A stretch of DNA of 64,000 bases from contig JAXGPL010000009.1 of the NCBI GenBank assembly GCA_040766985.1, forward strand, positions 56,963 through 120,962. The letters are read 5' to 3'. The stretch comes from Bacillota bacterium (lineage in GTDB: Bacteria; Bacillota; Sulfobacillia; JAUYEG01). Positions 10,311 through 20,307 of this stretch are shown here, one piece after another. The position numbers and the translations under genes are program-made. Each line of letters opens with the position of its first letter. Position 1 is the stretch's first letter. A model generated the notes under the pieces. It made no database searches. It was given only the letters and a program-made list of their open reading frames with translations, and was not told the DNA's origin.

Positions 10311-10666
10311 GCGGGCAGATAGTCCTCTCGTACCGGCGTGAACGCGTCGGTGATCACGCAGTCCTCGACCACAAGCGCGCCGTGCGGTTGATTGGGCCGG
10401 AAGATCATGCAAGTACCGGCAAGGCCGTCTATATCCCTCCCGTCCACGGTCCACCTTACCGATCCGCTGATGATGTAACTGGACTGCTCATGCGGGTGCG
10501 AATGGACCGGCAGGCGGGTACCCTGCTTCATGGCCGCCCAGCACTGCATCAAATTGGCGCCGACCGCCACGACGTGGACGGTGATGCCGGGGGCCAGTTG
10601 CTTCTGGCAGATGTACTCGGCGGGTTGGTGATCCACTTGATCAGCCTCCTTGGAGGAAAGGTCCAT
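10307..10666 (-). CDS. cupin domain protein
   Basis: 119 aa with a cupin two-His motif (PVHSHPHEQSSYIISG). Translationally coupled to the peptidase. Confidence 0.65.
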   Translation of the reverse strand: MDLSSKEADQVDHQPAEYICQKQLAPGITVHVVAVGANLMQCWAAMKQGTRLPVHSHPHEQSSYIISGSVRWTVDGRDIDGLAGTCMIFRPNQPHGALVVEDCVITDAFTPVREDYLPA

Positions 10667-10744
10667 GGCCGCATACCGCCTCCGGTGAAGGGGCGCCGGC
10701 GGGTCCCTTTGGTCTTCTCTTCCACTCCGCTCCGTTCCTCGTCT

Positions 10745-11167
10745 CTATTCCTCACCGGCGGCCGGCTCGATGGCCTGAGAGAGGGCGGCAATGGTTACCC
10801 CTTCGAGGACCTCAAGCATCCTCGCCTGGGCCTGGGCCCAGACGCCGCGCAGGGCGCACGAATTCCGGCTGGCGCACGCCTTCTCGTCGATCAGGCAACG
10901 TGTGATCCCAACCGGCCCGTCGATCAACTCGATGACTTGACGCAACGTGAGTGTCGCCGGCTCGGCCGCCAGGCTTACCCCGCCGCCGGCGCCCCGGCGG
11001 GTGGCGACCCATCCAACCTTGGCCATTGCCGCAACAATCTGCGCGATCAGAGTGGCGGGTATGGCCCGGTTTCTGGCGAGTCCGGCGGAGGTCAGGGCCT
11101 TTCCGGGAGCGGCCTGGGCGAGCTCGACCAGAGTCGCGATGGCATACTCGGCCTTGCGGCTGATCAT
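10745..11167 (-). CDS. Rrf2 family transcriptional regulator (IscR/NsrR-like)
   Basis: MISRKAEYAIATLVELA wHTH N-terminus and three Cys (CLIDEKACASRNSCAL). Start placed at the internal MISRK. Heads the cupin/peptidase operon. Confidence 0.8.
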   Translation of the reverse strand: MISRKAEYAIATLVELAQAAPGKALTSAGLARNRAIPATLIAQIVAAMAKVGWVATRRGAGGGVSLAAEPATLTLRQVIELIDGPVGITRCLIDEKACASRNSCALRGVWAQAQARMLEVLEGVTIAALSQAIEPAAGEE

Positions 11168-11382
11168 TTCGGTTTCCTCCATGGTCCTTTGGGTGGGAAT
11201 ATTACCAATATCGTTATAGATTGTTTCCCCCCTTACGGTCAACTCCGCCGGCCGCATAACCCACACCAGGCAAGTCGCCCCGCGCACGCCAAGCCCCGCG
11301 TCTCCAACAGGTAACTCCTTACCGGCGCGGAAATCGCCTCAATGGCAGGGGCAGCCCGGCTCCGCCCCACCGAAAGGAAGGA

Positions 11383-12144
11383 GTGAGTGCCGTGCAGCCC
11401 CTGCTCTATACCGATCTGGCAGAGTGGTTTCACCTTCTTACCCGGCCGGAGGACTACGCCGAGGAGGCAGGCATGTACGCACGGGCGATCCGCGACACCG
11501 TGCCCGGCGCCCGGGAGGTGCTTGAGCTTGGGTCCGGCGGCGGCAACAACGCGTGGCATCTCAAGCGGCACTTTCAGATGACCCTCAGCGATCTATCGCC
11601 GCAGATGATCCGGGTTTCGCGCCGGCTGAACCCGGATCTGGAGCATATTGAAGGCGACATGCGCAACCTCCGCATCGGGCGCACCTTTGATGTCGTCTTT
11701 GTCCACGACGCGGTGATGTATCTGACCGGCGAGGACGATCTGCTGGCGATGCTAGCCACAGCTAACGCGCACTTGGCGCCTGGCGGGTTGGTCTTGATCC
11801 AGCCGGATTGCACAAAGGAAACCTTCCGCGAATCCGCCGTTTCGGGAGGCCACGACGGGGGCGACGTTACTCCGCCCCAACCGGGCAGGGCTCTCCGCTA
11901 CCTGAGTTGGACCTACGATCCCGACCCCGGCGACACGACCTTCATCTCGGACTTCGCCTATCTGCTGCGGGAAGGGACGCACTCGGTGCGCGGCTTGACC
12001 GACCGGCATATCAACGGGCTGTTCCCGCGTGCGACATGGGTTGCGTTAATGGAGCATGCAGGTTTCGACGTCACGGTACGCCCCTTTGACCACTCCGAGG
12101 TCGAGGGGGTCATGGACACGTTCGTCGGACACAAACGCAGGTGA
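11383..12144 (+). CDS. class I SAM-dependent methyltransferase
   Basis: VLELGSGGGNNA motif I, DVVFVHDAV motif II, 253 aa. Confidence 0.8.
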   Translation: MSAVQPLLYTDLAEWFHLLTRPEDYAEEAGMYARAIRDTVPGAREVLELGSGGGNNAWHLKRHFQMTLSDLSPQMIRVSRRLNPDLEHIEGDMRNLRIGRTFDVVFVHDAVMYLTGEDDLLAMLATANAHLAPGGLVLIQPDCTKETFRESAVSGGHDGGDVTPPQPGRALRYLSWTYDPDPGDTTFISDFAYLLREGTHSVRGLTDRHINGLFPRATWVALMEHAGFDVTVRPFDHSEVEGVMDTFVGHKRR

Positions 12145-12158
12145 TACCGGCGTTACTG

Positions 12159-13193
12159 CTACCGGAGCATAGAGGCGACTCCGTGGTGGAGCAGGTACGC
12201 TATTGTGGGTACCAGCCCGGCGATGTTGGCGGCGGGCACCACGCCTATCTGCGGCACGGGGCCGGAGGAAGGTGAGCCCACAGGGCTGATAGCCACGTGG
12301 CCTGAGGCGACCTCAATCCCGGCGGCCGGTTCCACCTGACCGTCGCTTCCCCCGAGGGCCACGACACGGCCGATTGCGATGGGCGAGGGGAGGACCGACC
12401 TGCGGCGGAACGCAGGCGCTTCCCTGTCCTGGTAATAGGCCACGAGGTCGCCAACGGCGGGGCCGTTGCGCAGGCGCAGCACCGGCATGGTTGACCCGAC
12501 ACCCGCCATGGCGGTGCCGAGCCTGGGCAGTTGCTCCAACACGGAAACCACGGCCGGATCGGCGCCTAGCGCCGCGTGCAGGTACCAACCGACATCGGCG
12601 GTTTCCGCCTCCTGAATCAGACGGGCACTCCCCAGAGGCAGTGCCAGGAGCGACGCGATGAGGATGATTGCGAAGGCTCCTCCCCAGGTAACCAGATAGG
12701 CGGTCCGTATCAGCCGAAGGGTGAATACCCAGGACCAGACTGTGCCGGCGATGGCAAGGCCGGCGACGGCGTAGAACACCGCGCTCGCCAAGCCGATCGA
12801 GCCGGTGTGCAGGGCGGGAATGAGCACCCACTGGAGGGCTCCAACCAAGGCCGACGGCAGGCCAAGATACCCCCCCATGCGCATGAACGTAGAGAACCGC
12901 CCGCCCATCACCGGACTCGGCCCTGCACGCCATTGCAGCACGGCGGCGGCGTGCATGGTGAGCATGTCGACCAAGAACATCGCCGCCGCGCAGGCGATGC
13001 CGGCCAGCACCGATGCCCAGAGCGGCTGGGTGTGTCCGGTCGCGGCCTCAAGGACATGTCCCGCCGACCAGCCCCAGGCGCCGACGACCGCGGCCGTCGC
13101 GACCGACATCGGGATGGTGCCGTCTTCGCGCAGTTTCCACATCGTGGCCGAAGGCTTCCAAATCAGCCCCCGGATCGTCGTGTAGGGATTCAT
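12159..13193 (-). CDS. polytopic membrane protein (Yip1-like) with a Pro/Gly-rich C-terminal tail, co-operonic with the ECF sigma/anti-sigma pair
   Basis: Start at the internal MNPYTTIRG, overlapping the upstream gene stop (ATGA). Multiple TM helices. The ORF track's longer N-terminal extension runs into the neighbour. Confidence 0.5.
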   Translation of the reverse strand: MNPYTTIRGLIWKPSATMWKLREDGTIPMSVATAAVVGAWGWSAGHVLEAATGHTQPLWASVLAGIACAAAMFLVDMLTMHAAAVLQWRAGPSPVMGGRFSTFMRMGGYLGLPSALVGALQWVLIPALHTGSIGLASAVFYAVAGLAIAGTVWSWVFTLRLIRTAYLVTWGGAFAIILIASLLALPLGSARLIQEAETADVGWYLHAALGADPAVVSVLEQLPRLGTAMAGVGSTMPVLRLRNGPAVGDLVAYYQDREAPAFRRRSVLPSPIAIGRVVALGGSDGQVEPAAGIEVASGHVAISPVGSPSSGPVPQIGVVPAANIAGLVPTIAYLLHHGVASMLR

Positions 13194-13501
13194 TTGCCCA
13201 CCACACCCGAGGGCTCCGCTGCGCCGTTGACCGGTAGGACCTCCGCCCGCGCCGCGTATGCCGACCGGTCGGGCCCGCGGGCAGGCCGTACCTCGACCGG
13301 CTGCCCTTCGCACCATGCCCGGAGCGAGCGGTCGATCGCCGCAAACTCCCGGAGGCCGGACCGGGCTGCTGCGTCGGAACCGAGCAGCCGGCTGGCCCTG
13401 CGGAATGCCCAAGGCGGGGCCTGCTTGTCGACGATTGCCCAGAGCAGCAGGTCAACCGTGTCCGTAACTGCGCTGTGTGGCGTATCACCAGGCCGACGCA
13501 T
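13190..13501 (-). CDS. hypothetical protein, candidate anti-sigma factor (by position only)
   Basis: ~100 aa immediately downstream of and overlapping an ECF sigma gene. No zf-HC2 Cys/His motif. Confidence 0.35.
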   Translation of the reverse strand: MRRPGDTPHSAVTDTVDLLLWAIVDKQAPPWAFRRASRLLGSDAAARSGLREFAAIDRSLRAWCEGQPVEVRPARGPDRSAYAARAEVLPVNGAAEPSGVVGK

Positions 13502-14039
13502 TGCCGTCACCTCCGCCGGATGGTTCGGATAGCGCCTTCGCAAGCTTACCCCGTGCTGCCGCCAACCGTGACATCACCGTGCCTACCGGGCAGCCCAGCA
13601 GCCCGGCTATTTCGCGGTAGCGCAATCCCAGGAAGTAGTGCAGGACCAGAGGGACGCGCTGGGCGATGGGGAGTGCGCCGATTGCCAGGCGCAAGTCCAG
13701 ATGGTCGTCGTCGGTTTCTACCATGGATGATCCACCCTTGGCGACGACTGCATGGGCCAGCGCAGCCTCTTCGCGGTATTTCTTGCGGAGCCAATCCCGA
13801 AACCGGTTGCGCGCAACCTCCTTGAGCCAGGGCCGGAACGCCTGGGGGTCGTGCAGAGTGCTGAAATAGCGGCAGGCGACGGTCATCACTTCTTGCGCGA
13901 GTTCCTGACCCTCTTCGACATCCCCGGTGAGAGAGGCGCACATCCGCTGGACCCATGGGTAGTGGGCTTCGGCGAGGGCCTCGATAGAGCGGGCAGAGAC
14001 AGAAGCTGTAGCGGTTTTGCCGCCGAGGATCTCGGTCAC
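13485..14039 (-). CDS. RNA polymerase sigma-70 factor, ECF subfamily
   Basis: Region 2 (..RYFSTLHDPQAFRPWLKEVARNRFRDWLRKK) and region 4 (LPIAQRVPLVLHYFLGLRYREIAGLLGCPVGTVMSRL). Confidence 0.85.
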   Translation of the reverse strand: MTEILGGKTATASVSARSIEALAEAHYPWVQRMCASLTGDVEEGQELAQEVMTVACRYFSTLHDPQAFRPWLKEVARNRFRDWLRKKYREEAALAHAVVAKGGSSMVETDDDHLDLRLAIGALPIAQRVPLVLHYFLGLRYREIAGLLGCPVGTVMSRLAAARGKLAKALSEPSGGGDGNASAW

Positions 14040-14269
14040 GGCGAACCCCCTCCCAAACCCATTCTACTTACAGAGACGGACGGGGAAGGTGTTCTATTCG
14101 GCGAGGATTGCGTCTGCGTGGTAGTGCCAGAAGGACACACAGTCGTGTGGCGCGCTGTGGATCTCCCTCAGTTGACGGTGCGCCCTCAACGGGGCATTGA
14201 ACCCTCCGGCGCCGGGTGGACGCCAGTAGGGTCTTCTGCCCTCCAAGCCCGATGCAGCTGGGCCGGCCC

Positions 14270-14377
14270 TTACCACCAGCGGCGGTGGAACGGCGGACGG
14301 AACCACCAGAACCACGGCGGGAGAAAAGGCCAGCCGAAGAAGAACGGAAAGCCGAAGAACGGCCGCCTCCAGAACAT
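14270..14377 (-). CDS. 35-aa Trp/Phe/Pro/Arg-rich small ORF (MFWRRPFFGFPFFFGWPFLPPWFWWFRPPFHRRWW) with a perfect SD
   Basis: AGGAGGTG 7 nt upstream of ATG, TAA stop. Lies in an otherwise unassigned 415-bp spacer between the ABC-2 exporter operon and the ECF sigma gene. The underlying DNA is a purine-rich low-complexity tract, so a chance ORF is possible. Confidence 0.25.
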   Translation of the reverse strand: MFWRRPFFGFPFFFGWPFLPPWFWWFRPPFHRRWW

Positions 14378-14454
14378 GAGGGCACCTCCTATCTGCGGGT
14401 GACTACACTATCATGGTAGAACGCAGTTAGGAGTCGGTAACTCCTCCGGCAGGG

Positions 14455-15255
14455 CTAAAGCCGCGGCCCCAGGAGGTTGCCGGATTCGTACCGCCGCAGG
14501 CCCGCCCGAAAGGCGAGCTGTCCCGCGGCGATCCAGCCCACCGCGACGAGCCAGAGCAGGCCGAGGAAGGCGAGGTTTCCGTGACGCATGACCGTGACGG
14601 GGACGCTGTTGATAAAGCCCGCCGGGATCACCGTAAACAGCACCACCCGGACCGCACCGTCGAAGATTGCCCCGGGATAGGTGCTGAAGTGGATGACTGC
14701 GTTCTCCACCTGGTGCGCCAACGACTCGGCGCTGCCGACATAAAACGCCAGGCTGTGCGCTACGATGTTGAAACCCAGCAGCACACCGCCTACCGCCAGG
14801 CAACATAACCCGTACACGATCGTTCGCGGCCACGTCGGCCCGCCCCAGATCGCGAACACGACGAGGCCAAACACCAGGTCGCCCCAGCCGGTGGGAGCCG
14901 CCCGGCTCATCAGCGCATGCCAGAGCGGGCTCTTGGGCAGAACGAGGTAGTAGTCCAGTTGGCCGTTCGCGATCAACCCGGACAACTCGCGCCAGGCCCC
15001 GAACAGGACTGTGCTCAGGCCAAACCCGGCCGCGATGACGGCCCACAGCATCAGGACGTCGGCCCGCTCCCAGCCCTTGACCACCGGAAACCGGTAGAAG
15101 AACAGCGCCCAGTAGGCGAGCCAGAGCGAATTGTTGAGGAGCATGCCGAAGACCTGCGAGAAGAAGGCCGCCCGGTATTCCATCGCCATGGACAGGTTGG
15201 CCCCGAGGTATGTCAGGAGTAGCCGTGCGTGGCCGGCGAGGCGCTTACCCGCCAT
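14455..15255 (-). CDS. ABC-2 family transporter permease
   Basis: 266 aa, 6 TM, ABC-2 type. Last gene of a three-gene exporter operon. Confidence 0.7.
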   Translation of the reverse strand: MAGKRLAGHARLLLTYLGANLSMAMEYRAAFFSQVFGMLLNNSLWLAYWALFFYRFPVVKGWERADVLMLWAVIAAGFGLSTVLFGAWRELSGLIANGQLDYYLVLPKSPLWHALMSRAAPTGWGDLVFGLVVFAIWGGPTWPRTIVYGLCCLAVGGVLLGFNIVAHSLAFYVGSAESLAHQVENAVIHFSTYPGAIFDGAVRVVLFTVIPAGFINSVPVTVMRHGNLAFLGLLWLVAVGWIAAGQLAFRAGLRRYESGNLLGPRL

Positions 15256-16075
15256 TGACGTTCACCCGCCTGACCCCCGCCCTGAAGACCAGCGCGCATG
15301 TCAGTGCGGAGATCGCGAGCCAGGCCAGTTGCGTTATGACAATGCGGCCCGGCTGGAGGGTCTGCGCACCGACCAGAAGACGCGCCGGGGCATAGATGAT
15401 CATGCTCATCGGCAGCCAGGCGGCGATTGACCGCAGAAAGCCCGGGAATATCTCCAGGGGCAACATCATCCCGCCCAACAACATGAGCAGGCGCTCCTGG
15501 ATGAAGGCGAAGGGGCCGGTTTCCTCGACCCAGAATGCGAGGAGGCCGACCGCCAGACTGAACATGAAGTCGATCGACGAACCAAGCCACAGGACCACGG
15601 CGAAGATTCCGAGGTTGGCTACGTGGAATGGCGGCGGGCCCACCAGCATGCCCACCACCGCTCCACCCACGCAGAAGCTGAGCAGCCCTCGCGCCGCAGC
15701 CTCCCCCAGGGTCTGCGCGTAGTGAAACCAGACGTAGCTATACGGCCGCGCCAGGGTATATGCAAGGCTGCCCGATTTGACCTCGGCATCGATCCGGCCG
15801 GCAAGGCGGGGCCTGGCGAAGATGATCGATTCGGTTATCACCAGGTACCAGAGCATGTCCGGCAACGCGAACCCCTCGATCACCGTCGCACCTGTCACCC
15901 CGTATACCGTGCGCCAGAGGACCGTGAACACGTACAGCACCAGGACCAGAGTAAGGCAGCGGAGCAGGTACTCTCCGCGGTAGGCGATTGCTGTGGAGAA
16001 TCCCACTCTGCCAACGGCGAGGTATTTAGCCAGTTTACGAGGCATGACCGTTGCAGACGGCAGGTGACTAGACAA
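15245..16075 (-). CDS. ABC-2 family transporter permease
   Basis: 276 aa polytopic protein. Overlaps neighbours by 8-11 nt. Confidence 0.7.
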   Translation of the reverse strand: MSSHLPSATVMPRKLAKYLAVGRVGFSTAIAYRGEYLLRCLTLVLVLYVFTVLWRTVYGVTGATVIEGFALPDMLWYLVITESIIFARPRLAGRIDAEVKSGSLAYTLARPYSYVWFHYAQTLGEAAARGLLSFCVGGAVVGMLVGPPPFHVANLGIFAVVLWLGSSIDFMFSLAVGLLAFWVEETGPFAFIQERLLMLLGGMMLPLEIFPGFLRSIAAWLPMSMIIYAPARLLVGAQTLQPGRIVITQLAWLAISALTCALVFRAGVRRVNVNGG

Positions 16076-17135
16076 CGCGCTCGCCTCCCCCCGCTCTGTC
16101 CTGGGCCCCTCCGTCTCCGCTGCCGCTCACGCCGCCGGCTTCACCCTGGACGGCCGGGTCCGCCTGCCGGTAGATCATCCCGATTACGCGTTCGAGCGGG
16201 GGATCCGTAACGCTCACATCGAGGACGTTGTTGACCTCGAGGAGCCGCGCCACGACCTCCCTAATCGGCTGGACTGCCGCGTTGACCTCTAGCTTGATGC
16301 CCACCTGGGTATGCTTGAGGACTGTAACGCCGCCCATCTCCGGGACCGACCCAGGGCCGTCGAGCAATAGGTCGATCACCTTCGTGCGAAGCAGCATGTG
16401 TTTGAGGTGGGAAACCCGGTTGTCGTAGATTACCTGGCCGTGGTTGATCACGATCACCCGCCTGGCCAGTTCCTCGATATCGCCGACGTCGTGCGAGGTG
16501 AGGAAGACAGTCACCTGTTCCCCGCTGTTAAGCTCGCGCAGGGTCGAACGGATGGTCCGCTTCGCCAGCACGTCCAGGCCGATGGTGGGCTCGTCGAGGA
16601 ACAGGACCCGCGGCCGGTGGAGCAAGGCGGCAGCCAACTCGCACCGCATGCGTTCGCCAAGCGAGAGTTTGCGGACAGGGGTCGTGAGGTAGTCTCCGAT
16701 CCCGAAGACTCCAACCAACTCATCGCGGCGTGTGCGGTACGCCCGTCCGTCAAGCTCGTATATTCTCGCCAGCAGGTCGAAGCTGTCCAGTGGCGGGAGA
16801 TGATACCAGAGCTGCGACTTCTGTCCGAACACCGCTCCGATGTGGTATGCGAGCTGCTCGCGCTGAGTCCAGGGCCGGAGGCCAAGGACCGATGCAGAAC
16901 CCGCGCTGGGATGGAGGATGCCGGTGAGCATCTTGATGGTCGTGGACTTGCCGGCGCCGTTCGGGCCGATGAACGCCACCAATTCGCCCGGCTCAACCGC
17001 GAGGCTGACGCCGCGCACCGCCGGGACGTCACGGTACTCGGACCGGAACAGGGCCTGGACGCTGCCCCGCAGCCCCGGTTGCTTGACTCTGGTCCGGAAA
17101 GTCTTGCTCAACCCCTCAAGGACGACGGCCGGCAT
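16068..17135 (-). CDS. ABC transporter ATP-binding protein
   Basis: Walker A GPNGAGKST, signature LSLGERMRCELAAALL, Walker B VLFLDEPTIGLD, plus a C-terminal extension. Confidence 0.9.
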   Translation of the reverse strand: MPAVVLEGLSKTFRTRVKQPGLRGSVQALFRSEYRDVPAVRGVSLAVEPGELVAFIGPNGAGKSTTIKMLTGILHPSAGSASVLGLRPWTQREQLAYHIGAVFGQKSQLWYHLPPLDSFDLLARIYELDGRAYRTRRDELVGVFGIGDYLTTPVRKLSLGERMRCELAAALLHRPRVLFLDEPTIGLDVLAKRTIRSTLRELNSGEQVTVFLTSHDVGDIEELARRVIVINHGQVIYDNRVSHLKHMLLRTKVIDLLLDGPGSVPEMGGVTVLKHTQVGIKLEVNAAVQPIREVVARLLEVNNVLDVSVTDPPLERVIGMIYRQADPAVQGEAGGVSGSGDGGAQDRAGGGERVV

Positions 17136-17385
17136 GCGTTAGCCCTCCCGTGCGGCGCTTTTGGCAATTATAGCACTCGCTCGCATGGTCCGGGATAGGA
17201 CTGCGGCTATCTGTGCCGTGGCTATCCTGCTGAGGCTATCCATAGTGCAGGAGCTATCACCAACGGGTCCTCGGTGTAACCGCCGCAGGGGAAGGAATAG
17301 TGAGCGAGAAGCAGTAGGCACGAGTCTGATGGCATGCTGGACCTCGAGGCCGCCGGTCGGCCCGCTACGGGAGGTGCCGAATCGA

Positions 17386-18282
17386 ATGCCGGAACTCCCT
17401 GACATCACAGTCTACACCGAGCGCATCGCCGCCGTTGCGGGCGGCTCGCCGCTGCAGGCCGTCCGCATCGCCAATCCGTTCATTTTGCGCTCCGTCGATC
17501 CGCCGCCGGACAAGCTTGGCGGCCGCATCCTGCTCGGCGCGGGCCGTATCGGCAAGCGCATCGTCCTCGAGTTCAGCGATGAGTACTTCGCCGTGATCCA
17601 CCTGATGATCGCGGGCCGGCTTCATTGGCGCAGGCCGGCTGCGCCGATCCCCAGAAAGAACGGTATGCTGGCCTTCGACTTCGAGCCCGGCAGCCTTGTA
17701 TTGACCGAGGCCTCCACCAAACGCCGGGCTTCCCTTCACCTGGTCAGGGGGCGGGATGGTCTAGCCGCGTTCGACCGCGGCGGCGTAGATATTGTGCGCT
17801 GCAGCGCGGTAGACCTGGCCGCGGCTCTGCGCCGCGAGAACCGCACCCTCAAGCGTGCGCTCACCGATCCGGCGATCGTCGACGGCATCGGCAACGCCTA
17901 CTCCGACGAGATCCTCTGGCGCGCCAAGCTTTCGCCGTTCTTCCTCACCGGAAACCTGCCCGACTCAGACGTCGCCCGTCTGCACGCCGCCGCCCGCGAG
18001 GTGATCACGGAATGGGTTCTACGGCTGCGGGCGGATGCGGGAGACGGGTTTCTGGAAAAGGTGACGGCCTTCCGTACCGAGATGGCCGTGCACGGCAAGT
18101 ACGGGCGGCCGTGTCCCGCCTGCGGCGCCCCCGTTCAGCGCATCGTCTACGCGGAAAACGAAGCCAACTACTGCCCGGGCTGCCAGACCGGCGGCCGGGT
18201 CCTGGCTGACCGCTCGCTGTCCCGGCTGCTCAAGGACGACTGGCCGCGCACCCTCGACGAACTTGAACGGAAAAGGCCATGA
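17386..18282 (+). CDS. Fpg/Nei family DNA glycosylase / AP lyase
   Basis: N-terminal MPELPDI (catalytic Pro2-Glu3) and C-terminal zinc finger CPACGAPVQRIVYAENEANYCPGCQ. The ORF-track start at 17161 is an upstream extension. Confidence 0.85.
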   Translation: MPELPDITVYTERIAAVAGGSPLQAVRIANPFILRSVDPPPDKLGGRILLGAGRIGKRIVLEFSDEYFAVIHLMIAGRLHWRRPAAPIPRKNGMLAFDFEPGSLVLTEASTKRRASLHLVRGRDGLAAFDRGGVDIVRCSAVDLAAALRRENRTLKRALTDPAIVDGIGNAYSDEILWRAKLSPFFLTGNLPDSDVARLHAAAREVITEWVLRLRADAGDGFLEKVTAFRTEMAVHGKYGRPCPACGAPVQRIVYAENEANYCPGCQTGGRVLADRSLSRLLKDDWPRTLDELERKRP

Positions 18283-18667
18283 AGTCGGTCTCCGTATCGC
18301 GCTTGCTGGCCTCCTCCTGCCATGCTCTGCGCGCGGCTGGGCAATCTCGGTCTTGCCGAGCCGTATTGACCTCACAGTAACCCCTCCCATCCCCACCGCC
18401 GAAGCGGGGCCGCTATGTGCTGATCACAGGCAAACGGACGCCCAATCGTCCGCGACCAGCGAGTTGTAGCGCTCGACGGAGGACAGCGGCCCCGCGGCTA
18501 TTGTCTCCGGGGCATCGTTGCTCCTGCTCACCCAGGGCTGCCGGCAGTCCAGCGGGTGCAACATTACCATTCAGGTTAGATTCGTGGGAAGCACCCATCC
18601 TACCCCGTTTCACGGTGGACAGAACGGTAAGAACGAGTAAGATGGAGGTAAGAAAAAGCACGATGGA

Positions 18668-19078
18668 GTGAACGCTATGCTGTTAAGCGGACGGACGCGT
18701 GTATCGAGCCGAGGGCAAGTGGTGATCCCAAAAGCTTTGCGGGATGTGGCTGGGCTGGTCGAGGGCGATGAGGTTGACGTGCTCTTCGACGGCGAGAGGA
18801 TATCGCTCTCCCGTGTTGAGCCCGATCAAGCAAGTAACCCTGCGGCTCCGGCCGGCCCTTGCGCGGCCGACCGGCTCGCTGAGGCCCGCACTCGGTACGG
18901 TCCCAGGCGAAGAGCACAGGCGACGCACGGCATATTGGGCGCGACCCCTGTCTCCTCCATCTGGGCGGACCGCATCGCGGCAGTTGCCGCGATCAGGCAG
19001 CTCTCAACCGAGTTCTCGGGGACCTCCGCAAGTGAGATCCTTCGTGAGTCCCGTGACGAGCTTGAGAGGCGGGGGTAG
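18668..19078 (+). CDS. AbrB/SpoVT-type antitoxin (VapB-like) with extended C-terminus
   Basis: SpoVT/AbrB swapped-hairpin motif (RGQVVIPKALRDVAGLVEGDEVDVLFDG) directly upstream of a PIN gene. Confidence 0.6.
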   Translation: MNAMLLSGRTRVSSRGQVVIPKALRDVAGLVEGDEVDVLFDGERISLSRVEPDQASNPAAPAGPCAADRLAEARTRYGPRRRAQATHGILGATPVSSIWADRIAAVAAIRQLSTEFSGTSASEILRESRDELERRG

Positions 19079-19082
19079 CTAG

Positions 19083-19541
19083 ATGGAGCTGCAGCCGGCG
19101 GTATCCGTTGACGCAAGTGTAGGGGCCAAGTGGTTTTGGCCTGACGAGGACGATTGCGGTGAGGCCTTGGCCCTTCTGGAGCTGTTCGGCGCAGGCAGGA
19201 TTGCCATTATCGTGCCTGAGCTCTTCTTCTCTGAGATGGGCAACCTGTTGCTGTCGCCGCCCGTCGCTTACAGGTACCCGCGGCCACCGCCCGTTGCGTC
19301 GCTCCAAGAGCTCGACCGGCTGGGGCTGGAGAGGTTCTCCTCCGCGGGTCAGCTGCGCTCGGCGATGGCTTTTGCCCAGCACCTCAGAGTGTCATTCTAT
19401 GACGCCCTATATCTCGCCACCGCCGAGGTGGCCGGAGTACCCCTGGTCACCTGTGACCAAAGGCTTGTCTCGACGGTTTCCGGCCAGTTGGATTGGGTGA
19501 TGAGCCCCACGGCCGCCCTCACGCGGTTCTATCCCAAATAG
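19083..19541 (+). CDS. PIN-domain ribonuclease toxin VapC
   Basis: VDASVGAKWFWPDE (first acidic residue) and YDALYLATAEVAGVPLVTCDQRL (C-terminal PIN motifs). Confidence 0.75.
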   Translation: MELQPAVSVDASVGAKWFWPDEDDCGEALALLELFGAGRIAIIVPELFFSEMGNLLLSPPVAYRYPRPPPVASLQELDRLGLERFSSAGQLRSAMAFAQHLRVSFYDALYLATAEVAGVPLVTCDQRLVSTVSGQLDWVMSPTAALTRFYPK

Positions 19542-19559
19542 CCATTGCCGGCAAGCCAT

Positions 19560-19992
19560 CGGAGAGATGCTTCCTCTTCGGCACACTCCAGCGTCATCGT
19601 GGCGGCCGGGGCCGAGCACGGCAATCCACTCCGCGACGGGCACCCGCGAGTTCTTGTTGGCGTGCCCCACATCCAGACATGCGGCGAACCGTCTGTCCGC
19701 GACCGCATCGACGAGGTCCCGCAGTATCTCGGGCCGTTCCTCACTCACGTTCTCTGGCCGGATCGACAGTGCCGGGATTAAGGTCGTCAAACGGGCCGTG
19801 AACCATCAGGCCTGTCTGGCCGCCCGCGGCGTAGCGCTTCGCGGCGTCTACGTGACCCGGATCATCGAGCCGCGAGGCAATAGAAAAGAGTCGAGGATCT
19901 CCAGTCCGAAGCCCCAGCGACCCGCGATTTCCTGAGCGTCCGCCGCAAACGTGTCGACATAGAGGCGCGACGTAATGTCGCAGTGCGCCATG
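19560..19992 (-). pseudogene. degraded sugar-phosphate isomerase/epimerase (xylose-isomerase-like TIM barrel) gene fragments
   Basis: Family-like pieces lie in three different minus-strand frames: MAHCDITSRLYVDTFAADAQEIAGRWGFGLEIL, then LDDPGHVDAAKRYAAGGQTGLMVHGPFDDL, then LDVGHANKN. The 3' end overlaps vapC. Confidence 0.4.
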
Positions 19993-20307
19993 GTCTCTCC
20001 TCTTTCCGGCATAGATCAGCCCCCGCTCTCTTATGCGCCCGGAGCCCGGGTTCTCCTCTCTTGCAGGATCTCTCCGAATCGGAAACCCGCCGCTCACCTG
20101 AAGCGTAGTACTCGTGCACCGACCTCACTTCGTGCCGGCCCAACCTGATTCCCGGTCCCGGCAGGTGTCCCCGCGCAAGATGTTGTTCCCAACATTAATT
20201 TTTACGTTGTTGAGGGTGCATTTTTTTGAACAAGGCGAAACAAATCATCAACTACCCAGTAGTACAGAGCACAAGTCACTCCAACGAGAGGATCAGGAGG
20301 TAGCCCC

